Assembly: GCA_964016885.1 (NCBI GenBank)
Contig: OZ024747.1
Coordinates: 82,460,001 to 82,524,000, forward strand
Source of the DNA: Eledone cirrhosa
Taxonomy: Eukaryota
Length of the DNA: 64,000 bases
Direction of reading: 5' to 3'
Shown: positions 41,025 through 54,359 of the stretch, in pieces
Layout of the letters: each line of letters opens with the position of its first letter
Numbering within the stretch: the first letter of the stretch is position 1
The notes under the pieces: generated by a model
Database searches by the model: none
Seen by the model: the letters and a program-made list of their open reading frames with translations, nothing else
What the model was told of the DNA's origin: nothing
Program-made: the position numbers and the translations under genes

Positions 41025-41340
41025 GCTATGTATAAACATCTTCCCCTTTCTCTCTCCCTCAATCAATCTAAGCACATCACTCCTTGGTATGTATAGTTAT
41101 GTACCTCTCACCCTCCCTCTCTCTCTCTCTCTCTCACCCTCCCTCTCACCCCCCTTGGTATGTATAGTTATGTACCTCTCACCCTCCCTCTCTCTCTCTC
41201 TCACCCTCCCTCTCTCACCCTCCTTCTCTCTCTCTCTCTCACCCTCCCTCTCTCACCCTCCCTCTCATCCCCCTTGGTATGTATAGTTATGTACCTATTC
41301 CTCCTTCTCTCTCTCTCTCAGCCCCCCTTTCTCACCCCAC
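40211..41340. repeat. CT-rich tract including three CCTTGGTATGTATAGTTATGTACCT units
   Basis: Direct; units at about 41082, 41153 and 41272. Confidence 0.85.
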
Positions 41341-41873
41341 CTCTGTTCAATCATTGCCTACATCGGAGTAAGAAGGGAGCACACGACGCTTGCTAGAACT
41401 TAACAGCCTTCAACAACAATACATCATTTCCATAGCTATTTTAAGAACAGACTATTGATTAGTCGGACTGGTCTTCTGCCAAACTGTCTATTCCTCTCAG
41501 ATATTACAGTCTGCCCCCTCTCCCTCTTTTTCGATCACTATCACTATCAGCCCCTTCCTTTCTCTACTTCCCCTAAAATTCCCATATATGAACAAATATG
41601 AACACATGAACACATATGGACGCATATACATATACACACACGCGCATATATATGCATACATATATATATATGCAAATCCACAAACATACACATGTACATA
41701 TATATACATATACATATATATATACACATATATATATACATACACACACACACACACGAAAATTACCAACTTGACTGTCACCACTAAATTTGAACCTGAA
41801 GATTGTGAAAGCATGAAAGTACTTGCTCAATTAACATTTAACATTTAATATTCTACCATCATTATAATATCAT

Positions 41874-42010
41874 TTTACGTCCCTTTATGGTCTGAGTTCA
41901 AATCCCGCCGAGGTTGACTTTGCCTTTCATCCTTACGGGGTCGATAAAATAAAGTACCAGTAATGCACTGGATAATTGCTGGCCTTGTGCCTAACGTAGA
42001 AACAATTATA
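41874..42010 (+). mobile_element. SINE family A, 5'-truncated short form
   Basis: B box, core, 3' end. Confidence 0.9.
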
Positions 42011-42106
42011 GTTTTAAAAGATTGTAAATAAAACTAGTAAATCAGACAACGTTGGAATTCCTTTTATTAATATAATCTTCTATACACAATCATACACACC
42101 CGTGTA

Positions 42107-42161
<55 letters not shown>

Positions 42162-42761
42162 CGTACACACATACATATACATACACACATACATATATAT
42201 ACATACACACATACATATATATACATACACACATATATATATATATATATATATACATACACACACACATATATATATACATACACACATATATACATAC
42301 GTACACACACACACACATATATATATATATATGCGCATCCCCACACAGATGACCCTAATAATAGTCGGCCACTATAAACAATGGTTGAGATATTATTTAT
42401 AGCTGTCCTATGTTGCACATTTACATGCACAATCTGTTGCTTAATCAATTATAGTTGTAAATGTTCACGTATGTATACCCTTTAGTTGAAAGACACCCGT
42501 AAATTCTTCTCTCCATTCGTTGTTTTATTATCGTCTCAATGCACCATGCTAACAGGACGCCGATTTGTTGCACAACCTGGCATTACAAGTGCAGTACCAA
42601 TTTAATGCGTGAACGGTAACTGACGAGATAACATTTGTACAACTTGTCTGTACAACTTATGTAACTGTGTGTATTTCTTACTGATTCTATATTCAGATAT
42701 ATCCACGCTAACTGACACCTAATACATGAATGTACATAAATATATATATGTATGTAAAAGA

Positions 42762-42814
<53 letters not shown>

Positions 42815-42847
42815 TACATAAATATAAGCATATAAATGTACATAAAT

Positions 42848-42916
<69 letters not shown>

Positions 42917-42917
<1 letters not shown>

Positions 42918-43756
42918 TTTAGCGAGGTTTTTTTTATATGAAATCGTGTGTCGAAACAAATATTGTTATACTTGGGGAGGGTTATATTTGTGTAATATTG
43001 CCAGAATTAATAACAGAACACACTCACTGTTTGGTTGGTTTTCGCTTCTCGCTGTCTTTTATATCTGCGATCTAACTTAATCGGTCCTCAATGTTGCCAT
43101 TGACTGACCGACGGTCAAAAATAATACAGATACAATATAGACACAAACACATATATATAGTTTACATAATTTACATAAATCTTTCGTTGGAACAACAACA
43201 ACACCCAAACAAACAACACTGACCTAAGAGAAGTATAAATAAGTAAATAAAATAAAATAAAATAAGATAAATAAATACATACACAAGCACAATAACAACA
43301 AGCACATAAACACACACTAGTCACCCAGCAGACACAACACTATACACACTAGTCACACAGCAAACATAACACTATACACACACGCAAACGCATGCGCAAA
43401 GAAGACAAAATAAAATAAACAAACAAGCAAATAAATAAATAAATATATAGACAGACTGAATAAAAAATGGCGTAGACATACAACACAACAGGAGGAACAA
43501 TGAATATAACACCACTGACGATGTTGCAGATGTGCAACGAAAGATTTATGTAAATTATGTAAACTATATATATGTGTTTGTGTCTATATTGTATCTGTAT
43601 TATTTTTGACCGTCGGTCAGTCAATGGCAACATTGAGGACCGATTAAGTTAGATCGCAGATATAAAAGACAGCGAGAAGCGAAAACCAACCAAACAGTGA
43701 GTGTGTTCTGTTATTAATTCTGGCAATATTACACAAATATGACCCTCCCCAAGTAT

Positions 43757-43763
<7 letters not shown>
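42917..43763. mobile_element. Large fold-back element (about 230-bp arms, 340-bp spacer, one-sided tail) in (TA)n
   Basis: 42961-43189 is the near-perfect reverse complement of 43534-43763; 44-bp unpaired tail at left. Confidence 0.75.
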
Positions 43764-43789
<26 letters not shown>

Positions 43790-43907
43790 GAAAAAAAGAT
43801 GAAATCGAAAATGCAACTGGAGTCTTTTTAAGAATATTTATTTGGTTCCTTTACCGGTTTCGCAGTTCTTCTGCTTTTCAAAAGTAGAGTTGAGATAGAG
43901 GGTCTGT

Positions 43908-44026
<119 letters not shown>

Positions 44027-44044
44027 GTATATATATATATACTG

Positions 44045-44080
<36 letters not shown>

Positions 44081-44090
44081 CTGTATATAT

Positions 44091-44197
44091 AACGAAGGAG
44101 GTATGGTAAGGAACCACGCTAAAAATTCTAATTTAGTCCAGAAATAGCCAGCCGTCGAAACGGCTTGAGCTCTGCCGTCGTGTCAAACATTTTCCTA
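44091..44197. mobile_element. Family P copy 5 (internally deleted)
   Basis: AACGAAGGAGGTATGGTAAGGAACC...AGCCGTCGAAACGGCTTGAGCTCTGCCGTC; (TA)n flanks. Confidence 0.65.
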
Positions 44198-44355
44198 TAT
44201 ATATATACCTATATATACACTATATATACCTATATATACCTATATATACACATTTTCCTATATATACACATGCATACATATATGCATGTATATATGTACA
44301 TATGCATACATATATGCAAATATATATATATATACACATGTATGTGAGTGTGTGA

Positions 44356-44413
<58 letters not shown>

Positions 44414-44566
44414 GGTATTGGAAGTCTTAGATGCATCTACGGATAATATAACACTCGATATCTCACTGAACCCGTTCTCTCACCCTCTTCGGCTTTTACT
44501 CTTTTCCCACACTTTTATTCTCTCTTATAAATGCAAACAAACGCAAACCTTTTTAGACAAAAACAC

Positions 44567-44633
<67 letters not shown>

Positions 44634-44810
44634 AATGGAATAGAATGAAACGAAATTTCATTAAACAAACCGAGCATTATAATAAATGTTCGGTAAACCG
44701 ATACGTGCATATATATGTGTGTGCATGTGTGTATATATATACATACTACTGTACGTCTGTATACATATATGTATGTACGTATACATACATACATACTTAT
44801 ATATATATAT

Positions 44811-44945
44811 AAAACAAAGAAAGTGTCGTAAGAAAACAGGTGGACCATAAGGCACCAGAGTACTCGATACTTAGGGTAGTAGATTTTCGCAGATCTAGCT
44901 GTCGAAATGGCCGGAGCTCAGCCGTCGGGGTCCTGACTCTTTCCC

Positions 44946-44946
<1 letters not shown>
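44811..44946. mobile_element. Family P copy 6 (one arm lost)
   Basis: Family tail followed by AGATCTAGCTGTCGAAATGGCCGGAGCTCAGCCGTCGGGGTCCTGA; (TA)n flanks. Confidence 0.7.
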
Positions 44947-44991
<45 letters not shown>

Positions 44992-44993
<2 letters not shown>

Positions 44994-45150
44994 GTGACAT
45001 ATATGGTTAAGAGGTTCGTTTCGCAACGGCATGGTTTTGCGTTTCTTCCTACTGCTTGGCACCTTTGAACAAGTACCATTTCCTATAGCATCCATTTGAT
45101 CAGTACATTGCCTGACAGAGTTGTTGAAGTCCCTGTGTGTGAAGGCCTTG
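44992..45150 (+). mobile_element. Degenerate tRNA-derived SINE (family C)
   Basis: TGGTTAAGAGGTTCGTTTCGCAACGGCATGGTTTTGCGTT...GGCACCTTTGAACAAGT. Confidence 0.5.
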
Positions 45151-45946
45151 AAAAATTATATATATATGAAAATGCACATATGCACACGTATATACACATG
45201 CATGTACATATATGCGTACATATACATATATGCATATACACACATACATATACCAGTGCTTATCTTTGCAGACATATATCTATACGTATATATATATATA
45301 CGCATATTCATAAGTATTTCGATATGAATATATATGGGTTGCGTATATTTATGTTCTGACGCGTAGTGCTTTGGCAAACAGAGATTGATACAATACGTAG
45401 CAAATAAAATAACTGAGATCAGTTTGGTAGACTAAGCTTTTAATGACGTCTCAGGCATTGAACTGTGCCCTACCTAGCATAGGGCACAGTTCAATGACTG
45501 AGACCGACATATAAGAATATGTGTTCGAAGTGTATATATATATCTATGTGTCTAATTCCCTCGTTTACAGGTTCTTACACCGCAAACCAGCAGCGGCTAT
45601 TTCTGACTATACAACATACTCTCACTTCACAGCACAATTTTATTGTTAGCCAACAAGCCTTACACCTACCTTCCCCGCTCTTCTCTCACTCTCACCCTTT
45701 CTCTCATTTCTTCTCTTTCTCTTGTCTGTTCTCTCATTCCCCCTCCCTCTATATCTCTTTACAGACGCAATTACCCTCTAGCCATTTATTGTCAATAACT
45801 CCACTTTCTACAATCATCATTTAGCCAATACATACAGATGTTAGGTCTTGTTACTGGCTGTTTTTATATTCTCGTTATTAGTTGTTACAATACATTTTCA
45901 TCCATACTTCTTTCTATGATTTCCTGCCCTTTTTTCTTTCATCTGT

Positions 45947-46033
<87 letters not shown>

Positions 46034-46035
<2 letters not shown>

Positions 46036-46195
46036 AGTATTTCCGTAGAAAAGGTAAAGGAAAAAAGAGTGTTCTGTCTATAGTACAGAGCTATTTAATT
46101 ATATTTCATCTGATGAACGAAGTCAGACGATTCCAAGAGAAACGTCTGACTTCGCGAAACCTTGGGTAATGGAATATTGTGTTGTTTATTACGTA
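46034..46195. mobile_element. Family Q copy 2
   Basis: Tail AAGTATTTCCGTAG...CAGAGCTATTTAATTAT homologous to 36828-36894, followed by a hammerhead. Confidence 0.75.
46101..46177 (+). ncRNA. Putative type I hammerhead ribozyme
   Basis: ATATTTCAT-CTGATGA-A-CGAAGTCAGACG..CGTCTGACTTCG-C-GAAACC-TTG-GGTA^-ATGGAATAT; perfect 12-bp stem II, 9-bp stem I with one G-U. Confidence 0.78.
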
Positions 46196-46257
46196 ATAAT
46201 AATAATAATAATAATGATAATAATAATAATAATAATAATAATTATAATAATAAATAA

Positions 46258-47114
<857 letters not shown>

Positions 47115-47132
47115 TATATATATATATACATA

Positions 47133-47438
47133 TAATGTTCTCTCTGCTCGAGACGAACCGAGGGTATATTTGATTGAATACATATGAAAATGAGAAAACT
47201 AATCGCTAGAACAGCTGTTAAAACAGCTAAATGCTGTCAAAGACACTGATGAGCAAAGATGCCTCAGAGGACAGAGACCAACGGTCAGTGGTCAACGCAA
47301 AGACAATCCACAAATATTTCATCTGCCTGTCACCCACCTTGTGGATTGTCTCTCAGTTGACCACTGGCCTCTGAGGCATTTTTGCCATCGCTATCTTTGA
47401 CAGCATATAGCCGTTTTAAGGATGAGTTTTCTCATTTG

Positions 47439-47445
<7 letters not shown>
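47133..47445. mobile_element. Imperfect fold-back element in (TA)n
   Basis: Arms about 47180-47315 / 47338-47445 (ATGCTGTCAAAGA/TCTTTGACAGCAT, ATGCCTCAGAGG/CCTCTGAGGCAT, GACAATCCACAA/TTGTGGATTGTC); short left tail. Confidence 0.65.
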
Positions 47446-47484
<39 letters not shown>

Positions 47485-47559
47485 GGGGGGGGGGGGGGTA
47501 TTCAACGGACTTGGGTATAAACTATCTCACGATGTACTGGTTGATTCGAAGCTATAAGA

Positions 47560-47685
47560 CAGTCATGGGCAGACTACGGACTCTTTGGCTCTCTAAATGG
47601 CATGCCTAATTTCAAAATTGCCTTGAATTCTTTATTAGTGCGGCCCGCTTTATAATGAACTCTCAAAAAAGGTCGCCCATGTCTG
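47560..47685. mobile_element. hAT (Charlie-like) MITE
   Basis: TIR CAGTCATGGGC / GCCCATGTCTG; perfect 8-bp TSD CTATAAGA (47552-47559, 47686-47693). Confidence 0.88.
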
Positions 47686-48001
47686 CTATAAGACTTGGTA
47701 CTTGCATAAGGTGTTTTGCAATAGGAAAAAATCTGAAACCACCGAGTTACGAAACGGTCTTTTTAATCCCGCCCCAAAGGCAGGTGTCAGAGCAGCATCA
47801 TTAAGTTATTCATGTGTGACGCACGTTTAGCAATTGATCAACTCAAAGTTCGATCTGTATCGATTGGGCCCAACTCTGGTATCAATAGCTCATCAGATTC
47901 TTCGTTCGTTACTGATGGGAGATATTGTGTGCTCACGTTGATGAACCAACACTAAGGTTACAATACACACACTTATATATGTATATATATATATATATAT
48001 A

Positions 48002-48061
<60 letters not shown>

Positions 48062-48241
48062 TGTGTGTGTGTGTGGCGAATTTAAATTTATTGAGAACTT
48101 TTTGTATGTGCAATTTACTACAGAACTTCTACCTCTATCTAATCACAAACTATTAGCCTACTTGATTTATTTCCCTTGATTAATTTTTAAAACATAAAAT
48201 ATATTGGAATACACACACACACGCATGTATGTGTGTCTGTG

Positions 48242-48379
<138 letters not shown>

Positions 48380-49141
48380 TAGAAATGGATAAAGAAACAA
48401 TGAACACCTAAATCTATGCAAATCACATCGTTGAAGAAATATCAATAATATATTTTACGGATGAAATAGTATCGCACGTGAGAGAAGAGAATAGCAAAGG
48501 TGGCAAGAAAATGTTTGGCAGATTTTTATCTGCTGTTGTTTCGATCGACAAAGGCAGCGATCTGTCAGGTGAAATAATAACCTACTGTTTATTGTGCACG
48601 TGGGGGACGTTTTTCGTGATAATGGAACAATTATATTTCTATAAATCCAATTCAATTTCCTTCCACCATACTTCGACATTTCCAACAATATAATGTGGTA
48701 GAATTATCACAAAAATAGAAATAGATACCACGTGATATTTTTCATCCAATCAACGGAAAGCCTATGGAACGAGGCGTTATCAAGAATGTTATTAGTTATT
48801 AGTTTATAAGCAAATGTATATGAAATTGCAATAAAGAGTGGAATTTAAGTAGTAAGAAGGATGCATATGCAAATATAAGCATACCGATTAGAGCTAAGTA
48901 TAAAAAATATATATATTATCACAAGCACATACGCTCTTACAAACACATACTTACATGTAAATACTTTGGTTTTATAAACGGAATATAATTCAATACTTAT
49001 ACATATGTATGCGTGTATGTGTATATGTATGAGTGTATGTGTGTATGTGTATGTATGAGTGTATGTGTGTGTATGTGTATGTATGAGTGTGTGTGTGTAT
49101 GTATGAGTGTATGTGTATGTATGTATTTATGTATGTATATA

Positions 49142-49301
<160 letters not shown>

Positions 49302-49541
49302 TTCAGTGTTAAAAAGAACTAAGGTGTAATTTCATAAATTATTATTTTTAAAATGTTATGTTTTCTAGAAATGCAGACCTAAAAGTCATTTTCTTGTTTT
49401 AATTCATTCGAATAACTGTGTTTCTATTTTTCATTTTATATTTTGAAATATCATTAAATAACATTTTTTGCACCAATATTAGTGGTATTTTAGCTAACCA
49501 TTCCATATTTTCTTCTCTTATATAACAGTATATCTCAAACA

Positions 49542-49643
49542 TACAGAGTATCCTCAAAAAATGTATACATACTTTGATTACCTGTAGGCAATATTTATTA
49601 GAATGTTCTTGAAGTGTGTATTCATTTTTTGGGACTCCCTGTA
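49542..49643. mobile_element. Tc1/mariner-type MITE, second copy
   Basis: TA-CAGAGTATCC...GGGACTCCCTG-TA; interior CTTTGATTACCTGTA..GCAATATTTATTAGAATG shared with 33557-33659. Confidence 0.8.
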
Positions 49644-51660
49644 TATGTCGTATATTATTTAAGGCAGTAAAATGTGATTAGATTTAGAATTTACTCTACC
49701 ATTAACAGAAAGTCAAGTTAACATGTAAAGGCTTCCATGTTGATTCGAAAGCCATATTAATTTCATTCTCAGCCAGGTGCATATATAGTTGAGATTCTGG
49801 ATTTTCAAATATTTCACTTTGTGAAATGTCAAAACTTTATTCTTTTTTACTTATTCCCAGCAAATCTAAACTCTAAATTCCCCGAACTAATTACTTTTTC
49901 TATAAATAATATTGCAAAATGTTTATCTTATATTGGACTTTAATAATAATTTATTAATAATTAATGAATAATATATATTATTCGTTCATGAATAAATATT
50001 TTTGTTGTCATTTTGGTTGTCGGATTTTGACAAGTGTGAATTTGGAAGTTTCTATAGGCAACTCAGATAAAACGTAATAGGTGTAATGGATAATTCGATT
50101 AATGTAAATCACTTTAAGAAATCGGTTTCTAATGTATAAATATCATCATAAACGTATCGTCAATCCAATATAAAATTCCTTATAGCTTACGTGTATGAAA
50201 GTGACGTTCAATTATAATGTTAATATGAAGTTCGGAATGTGAGACCACTGCTGAGGGTCTAGGCAAGCAACGATAAATCAAAATATTTCGTATAAAGTCG
50301 AATAAATTCAATTGAAGTGAAAAGTAGAATTTATTTGACATTCCATGAACTCTCCTTTCAATTATAATGTATTTGTGTAGTATCATATCTTCTCTTATAA
50401 ATCACTGAACTTAAGTTCGTTAACGATCTTAAAGAATATTCTCAATACAACACCTTTCTCCAATTACAGAATCCATTAGGCTTGTCCAGATTTACTAATG
50501 TCAGACGGATGAAATATAAATCTTATTCTTACAGCCAGGGTTTATCGTAGGTAATTATCCAGGGAAAGTTTTGTTTATGACAGATAACTATAATGAGGTA
50601 TCACTCTATTCAGAAACAAAATGAAAAACGTTCTAAAACTTCCAATAAACGCCCCAGTTGTGCAAATTATTACGCAAATATAGTCAACACGCGAACGTCG
50701 TCTGCGTGACCAGAACATTCTTCAGTCTTGATCAATTGTTGAGTTTCTGCAAAACTCAAATGATACCCACATTAGAGTATTTTTTACATACCTGGGATTT
50801 TGTTGCTGCAACGCATACAAAATATTATTGACGGCATCCAAAAGAAGACCATTCGGGTGTTAGGCAAATGTCTGTTTGCCAACAAACCTAGCCACTAGTT
50901 CACATACGTCTGTCTATTTTATTTCTAATATATCGGTTCGATATTATAGAAAAAGAAAAGTTTTTAATTTCCGACTCACATTTTATCCAAAGCTTTAAAA
51001 AAATATAGTAAATATTAAAGTAGCATTCTCTGCTTCGTGAAGCCTTTTGAAACCAGCTGGAGACCATTCATATTACCAATCTGTTTAATTGCAATAGCTA
51101 TACAATGACACATTTACGCCTCGTCGCTCAGACACTCATTAAATAATTCACCCACATATTCTAAGAAAATTTAAAGCTGTAAATACCATATTCTCTCTAT
51201 ATGAAGAATAATTGAGCAGTAAAAATTACATGGCGGCTTTCCTACACGTCTATCTCAAAAAGTCAAAATTAATAATTCAGTACTTCGACACATTGTTTCG
51301 AATGCTGCATCTAATCACGAGACTCTGTGTCATACTAAAATGAAGATGCAGGGTTTTCTGTTAAAAACAGATAGATCTGCTCCCTTTAACAAGATTAAAA
51401 ACATTAGCAGAAGTTAAAACGAATGGGAAAAAAATGCCAATTTAACAAACCACCATTATATTTGTTTGTGCGTTTCTTTTGATATTATAAGTCACAAGGG
51501 TGGACGTTAATTCTATGTGACAAAACCTAATTCTTTAATAAGATTCTCAAGAAAATAGAAATGTCTATTATGGTGAAGACCAAGCAAACAGCCCTGCCAA
51601 AATATAATTACTGGAAAGCAATAAATATACAGCGTATTATTATTACTATTTTTATTATCA

Positions 51661-52172
51661 GGATTGGCAGTATCGGTAGAGGGTCGGACACCATGCTTTG
51701 ACGTATAGAGTTACGGCCCTTGCCATTCTGAGTTCAAATCCCGCCGAGGTTAACTTTGCCTTTCATCCTTACGAGGTCGATAGAATAAAGTACCAGTAAT
51801 AAACGGGGGTAATAGCTTGCCTTGTGCCAAAAGTAGAAACAATTATTATTTTGTTATTTATGTTTACACGTTGTATACGTAAACCCCCACTGTCCCTGTC
51901 TTTTGTATCGTCCCCTATATGTCGGCCCTTGTGAATGAAACCATTATTATTATTATCATTATTATTATTTTAATTGGCAGTATCGGTAGAGCGTCAGACA
52001 CCATGCTTTATAGCATAGAATTATGGCCCTTTGCGTTCTGAGTTCGAATCCCGCCGAGGTTAACTTTTCCTTTCGTCCTTATGGCGTCGATAAAATAAAA
52101 TACCAGTAATACTATGGGTAATTTGCTGGCCTTGTGCCAAAAGTAGAAACAATTATTATTATTATTATTATT
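51661..52172 (+). mobile_element. SINE family A, two short-form copies (51661-51850, 51972-52172)
   Basis: A box-like head, B box, core and (ATT)n tails. Confidence 0.92.
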
Positions 52173-52639
52173 GGTGGTGGTGGTGGTGGTGGTGGTGGTG
52201 GTGGTGGTGGTGGTGGTGGTGGTGTAGTTGCTGTTGCTATTGTTGCTTTGTTGTTGTTGTGATTGTTAATATCATCCTTAATATTATTGTTATTACTGCT
52301 ATTGTTGTTCTCATTTTATGCAGATGGCGATCTTTATCACCATCACCATCACCATCACCATCACCATCACCATCACCATCATCACCATCACCATCACCAT
52401 CACCATCACCATCACCATCATCACCATCATTGAAAGATTATATATACTGCAATGAATTAATGTTGTCAGAAGTTAATATTTAGAGACAAGAAGTAACAAT
52501 TCTTTCTGTAATTACTTGGTCGTGATAGCAATGGAGCATCGTTAATAAGATACGAAGGAGATATCACACGCAGGTGTTATGGTCAAAATGATATGTGGTA
52601 GTAATAGATATGTTACTGCTAGTGAGAATGATGATATTA

Positions 52640-53585
52640 TTAGTGGTAGTGTTGGTGCTAGTGTTGGTGTTGGTGGTAGTGGTGGTGCTGGTGCTGGTGT
52701 TGGTGCTAGTGTTGGTGTTGGTGCTGGTGCTGGTGTTGGTGTTGGTGCTGAGTGTGGTGTTGGTGTTGGTGCTGAGTGTGGTGTTGGTGTTGGTGCTTGT
52801 GGTGGTGCTGATGGTGGTGCTGGTGGTGGTGCTGGTGCTGGTGTTGGTGCTGGTGGTGGTGCTGGTGGTGGTGGTGTTGGTGGTGTTTGGAGGTAGTGCT
52901 GGTGTCTAGTGCTGGTGGTAGTGCTGGTGTTGGTGGTAGTGGTGGTGGTGGTGCTGGTGTTGGTGGTGTTTGGAGGTAGTGCTGGTGTCTAGTGCTGGTG
53001 GTAGTTGTGGTGTTGGTGGTAGTGGTGGTGGTGGTGCTGGTGTTGGTGGTGTTTGGAGGTAGTGCTGGTGTCTAGTGCTGGTGGTAGTGGTGGTGTTGGT
53101 GGTAGTGGTGGTGGTGCTGGTGGTGCTGGTGTTGGTGGTGTTTGGAGGTAGTGCTGGTGTCTAGTGCTGGTGGTAGTGGTGGTGTTGGTGGTAGTGGTGG
53201 TGGTGGTGCTGGTGTTGGTGGTGTTTGGAGGTAGTGCTGGTGTCTAGTGCTGGTGGTAGTGCTAGTGTTGGTGGTAGCGGTGGTGCTGGTGGTAGTGCTA
53301 GTGTTGGTGGTAGCGGTGGTGCTGGTGCTGGTGTTGGTGGTGTTTGGAGGTAGTGCTGGTGTCTAGTGCTGGTGCTGGTGTTGATGCTGGTGGTAGTGGT
53401 GGTGGTGGTGCTGGTGTTGGTGGTGTTTGGAGGTAGTGGTGGTGTCTAGTGCTGGTGGTAGTGGTGGTGGTGGTGCTGGTGTTGGTGGTGTTTGGAGGTA
53501 GTGCTGGTGTCTAGTGCTGGTGGTAGTGGTGGTGTTGGTGGTAGTGGTGGTGCTGGTGCTGGTGTTGGTGGTGTTTGGAGGTAGT
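52640..53585. repeat. GGT-rich compound tandem repeat with recurring GTTTGGAGGTAGTGCTGGTGTCTAGT anchor (variable unit, mostly about 60-90 bp)
   Basis: Direct. Confidence 0.92.
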
Positions 53586-53884
53586 CTGCTGTTGATAGTG
53601 GAAGTTTTGTTAATAGTGGAGGTATGGTGTTGATGGTGGTTGTGGTCGTCCTCGTTACCATAATCAGGCTGGTTGCCCGTATTGTAATGTTAGTCTAGTC
53701 TTCATTCTAAAGAAAGAATGGCGAATGTCAAAAGAGACGAGGAGGGAGGAAGGAAGAGGTTCCAGAAGAATATGCAAAATACTTTGAGATATCTAAATAA
53801 GAAAACAAATAGGAAAATAGAGAGAAAGAGAAACAGAGAAAAAGATAGTTCTAGATAGTCAAGTGTATGTCTCTTGCCATCTCA

Positions 53885-53946
<62 letters not shown>

Positions 53947-53959
53947 TATATATATATAG

Positions 53960-54004
<45 letters not shown>

Positions 54005-54085
54005 GGTTAACATAAATAACAACACAATCGGTCCAGTATATGGAAGGGATATATTATGTTAACGCTTGATATAGCAGGAAGAGGG

Positions 54086-54122
54086 TCTTGTCGATTCGGA
54101 CGCTAGTCCTTCATCAGAAGAA
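54086..54122 (-). ncRNA. Hammerhead-like motif, core variant (probably inactive)
   Basis: TCTT-CTGATGA-AGGAC-TAGC-GTCC-GAATCGAC-AAGA within a 130-bp insert between (TG)n and (TA)n. Confidence 0.5.
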
Positions 54123-54129
54123 AGAATGA

Positions 54130-54272
<143 letters not shown>

Positions 54273-54291
54273 GGAGAGAGAGAGAGAGAGG

Positions 54292-54359
<68 letters not shown>

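Noticed and set aside
52579-52909. Gly/Ala/Val-rich structural-protein-like ORF
   Set aside because: GGT-derived simple repeat; adjacent units contain recurrent TAG stops; no signal peptide or splice support.
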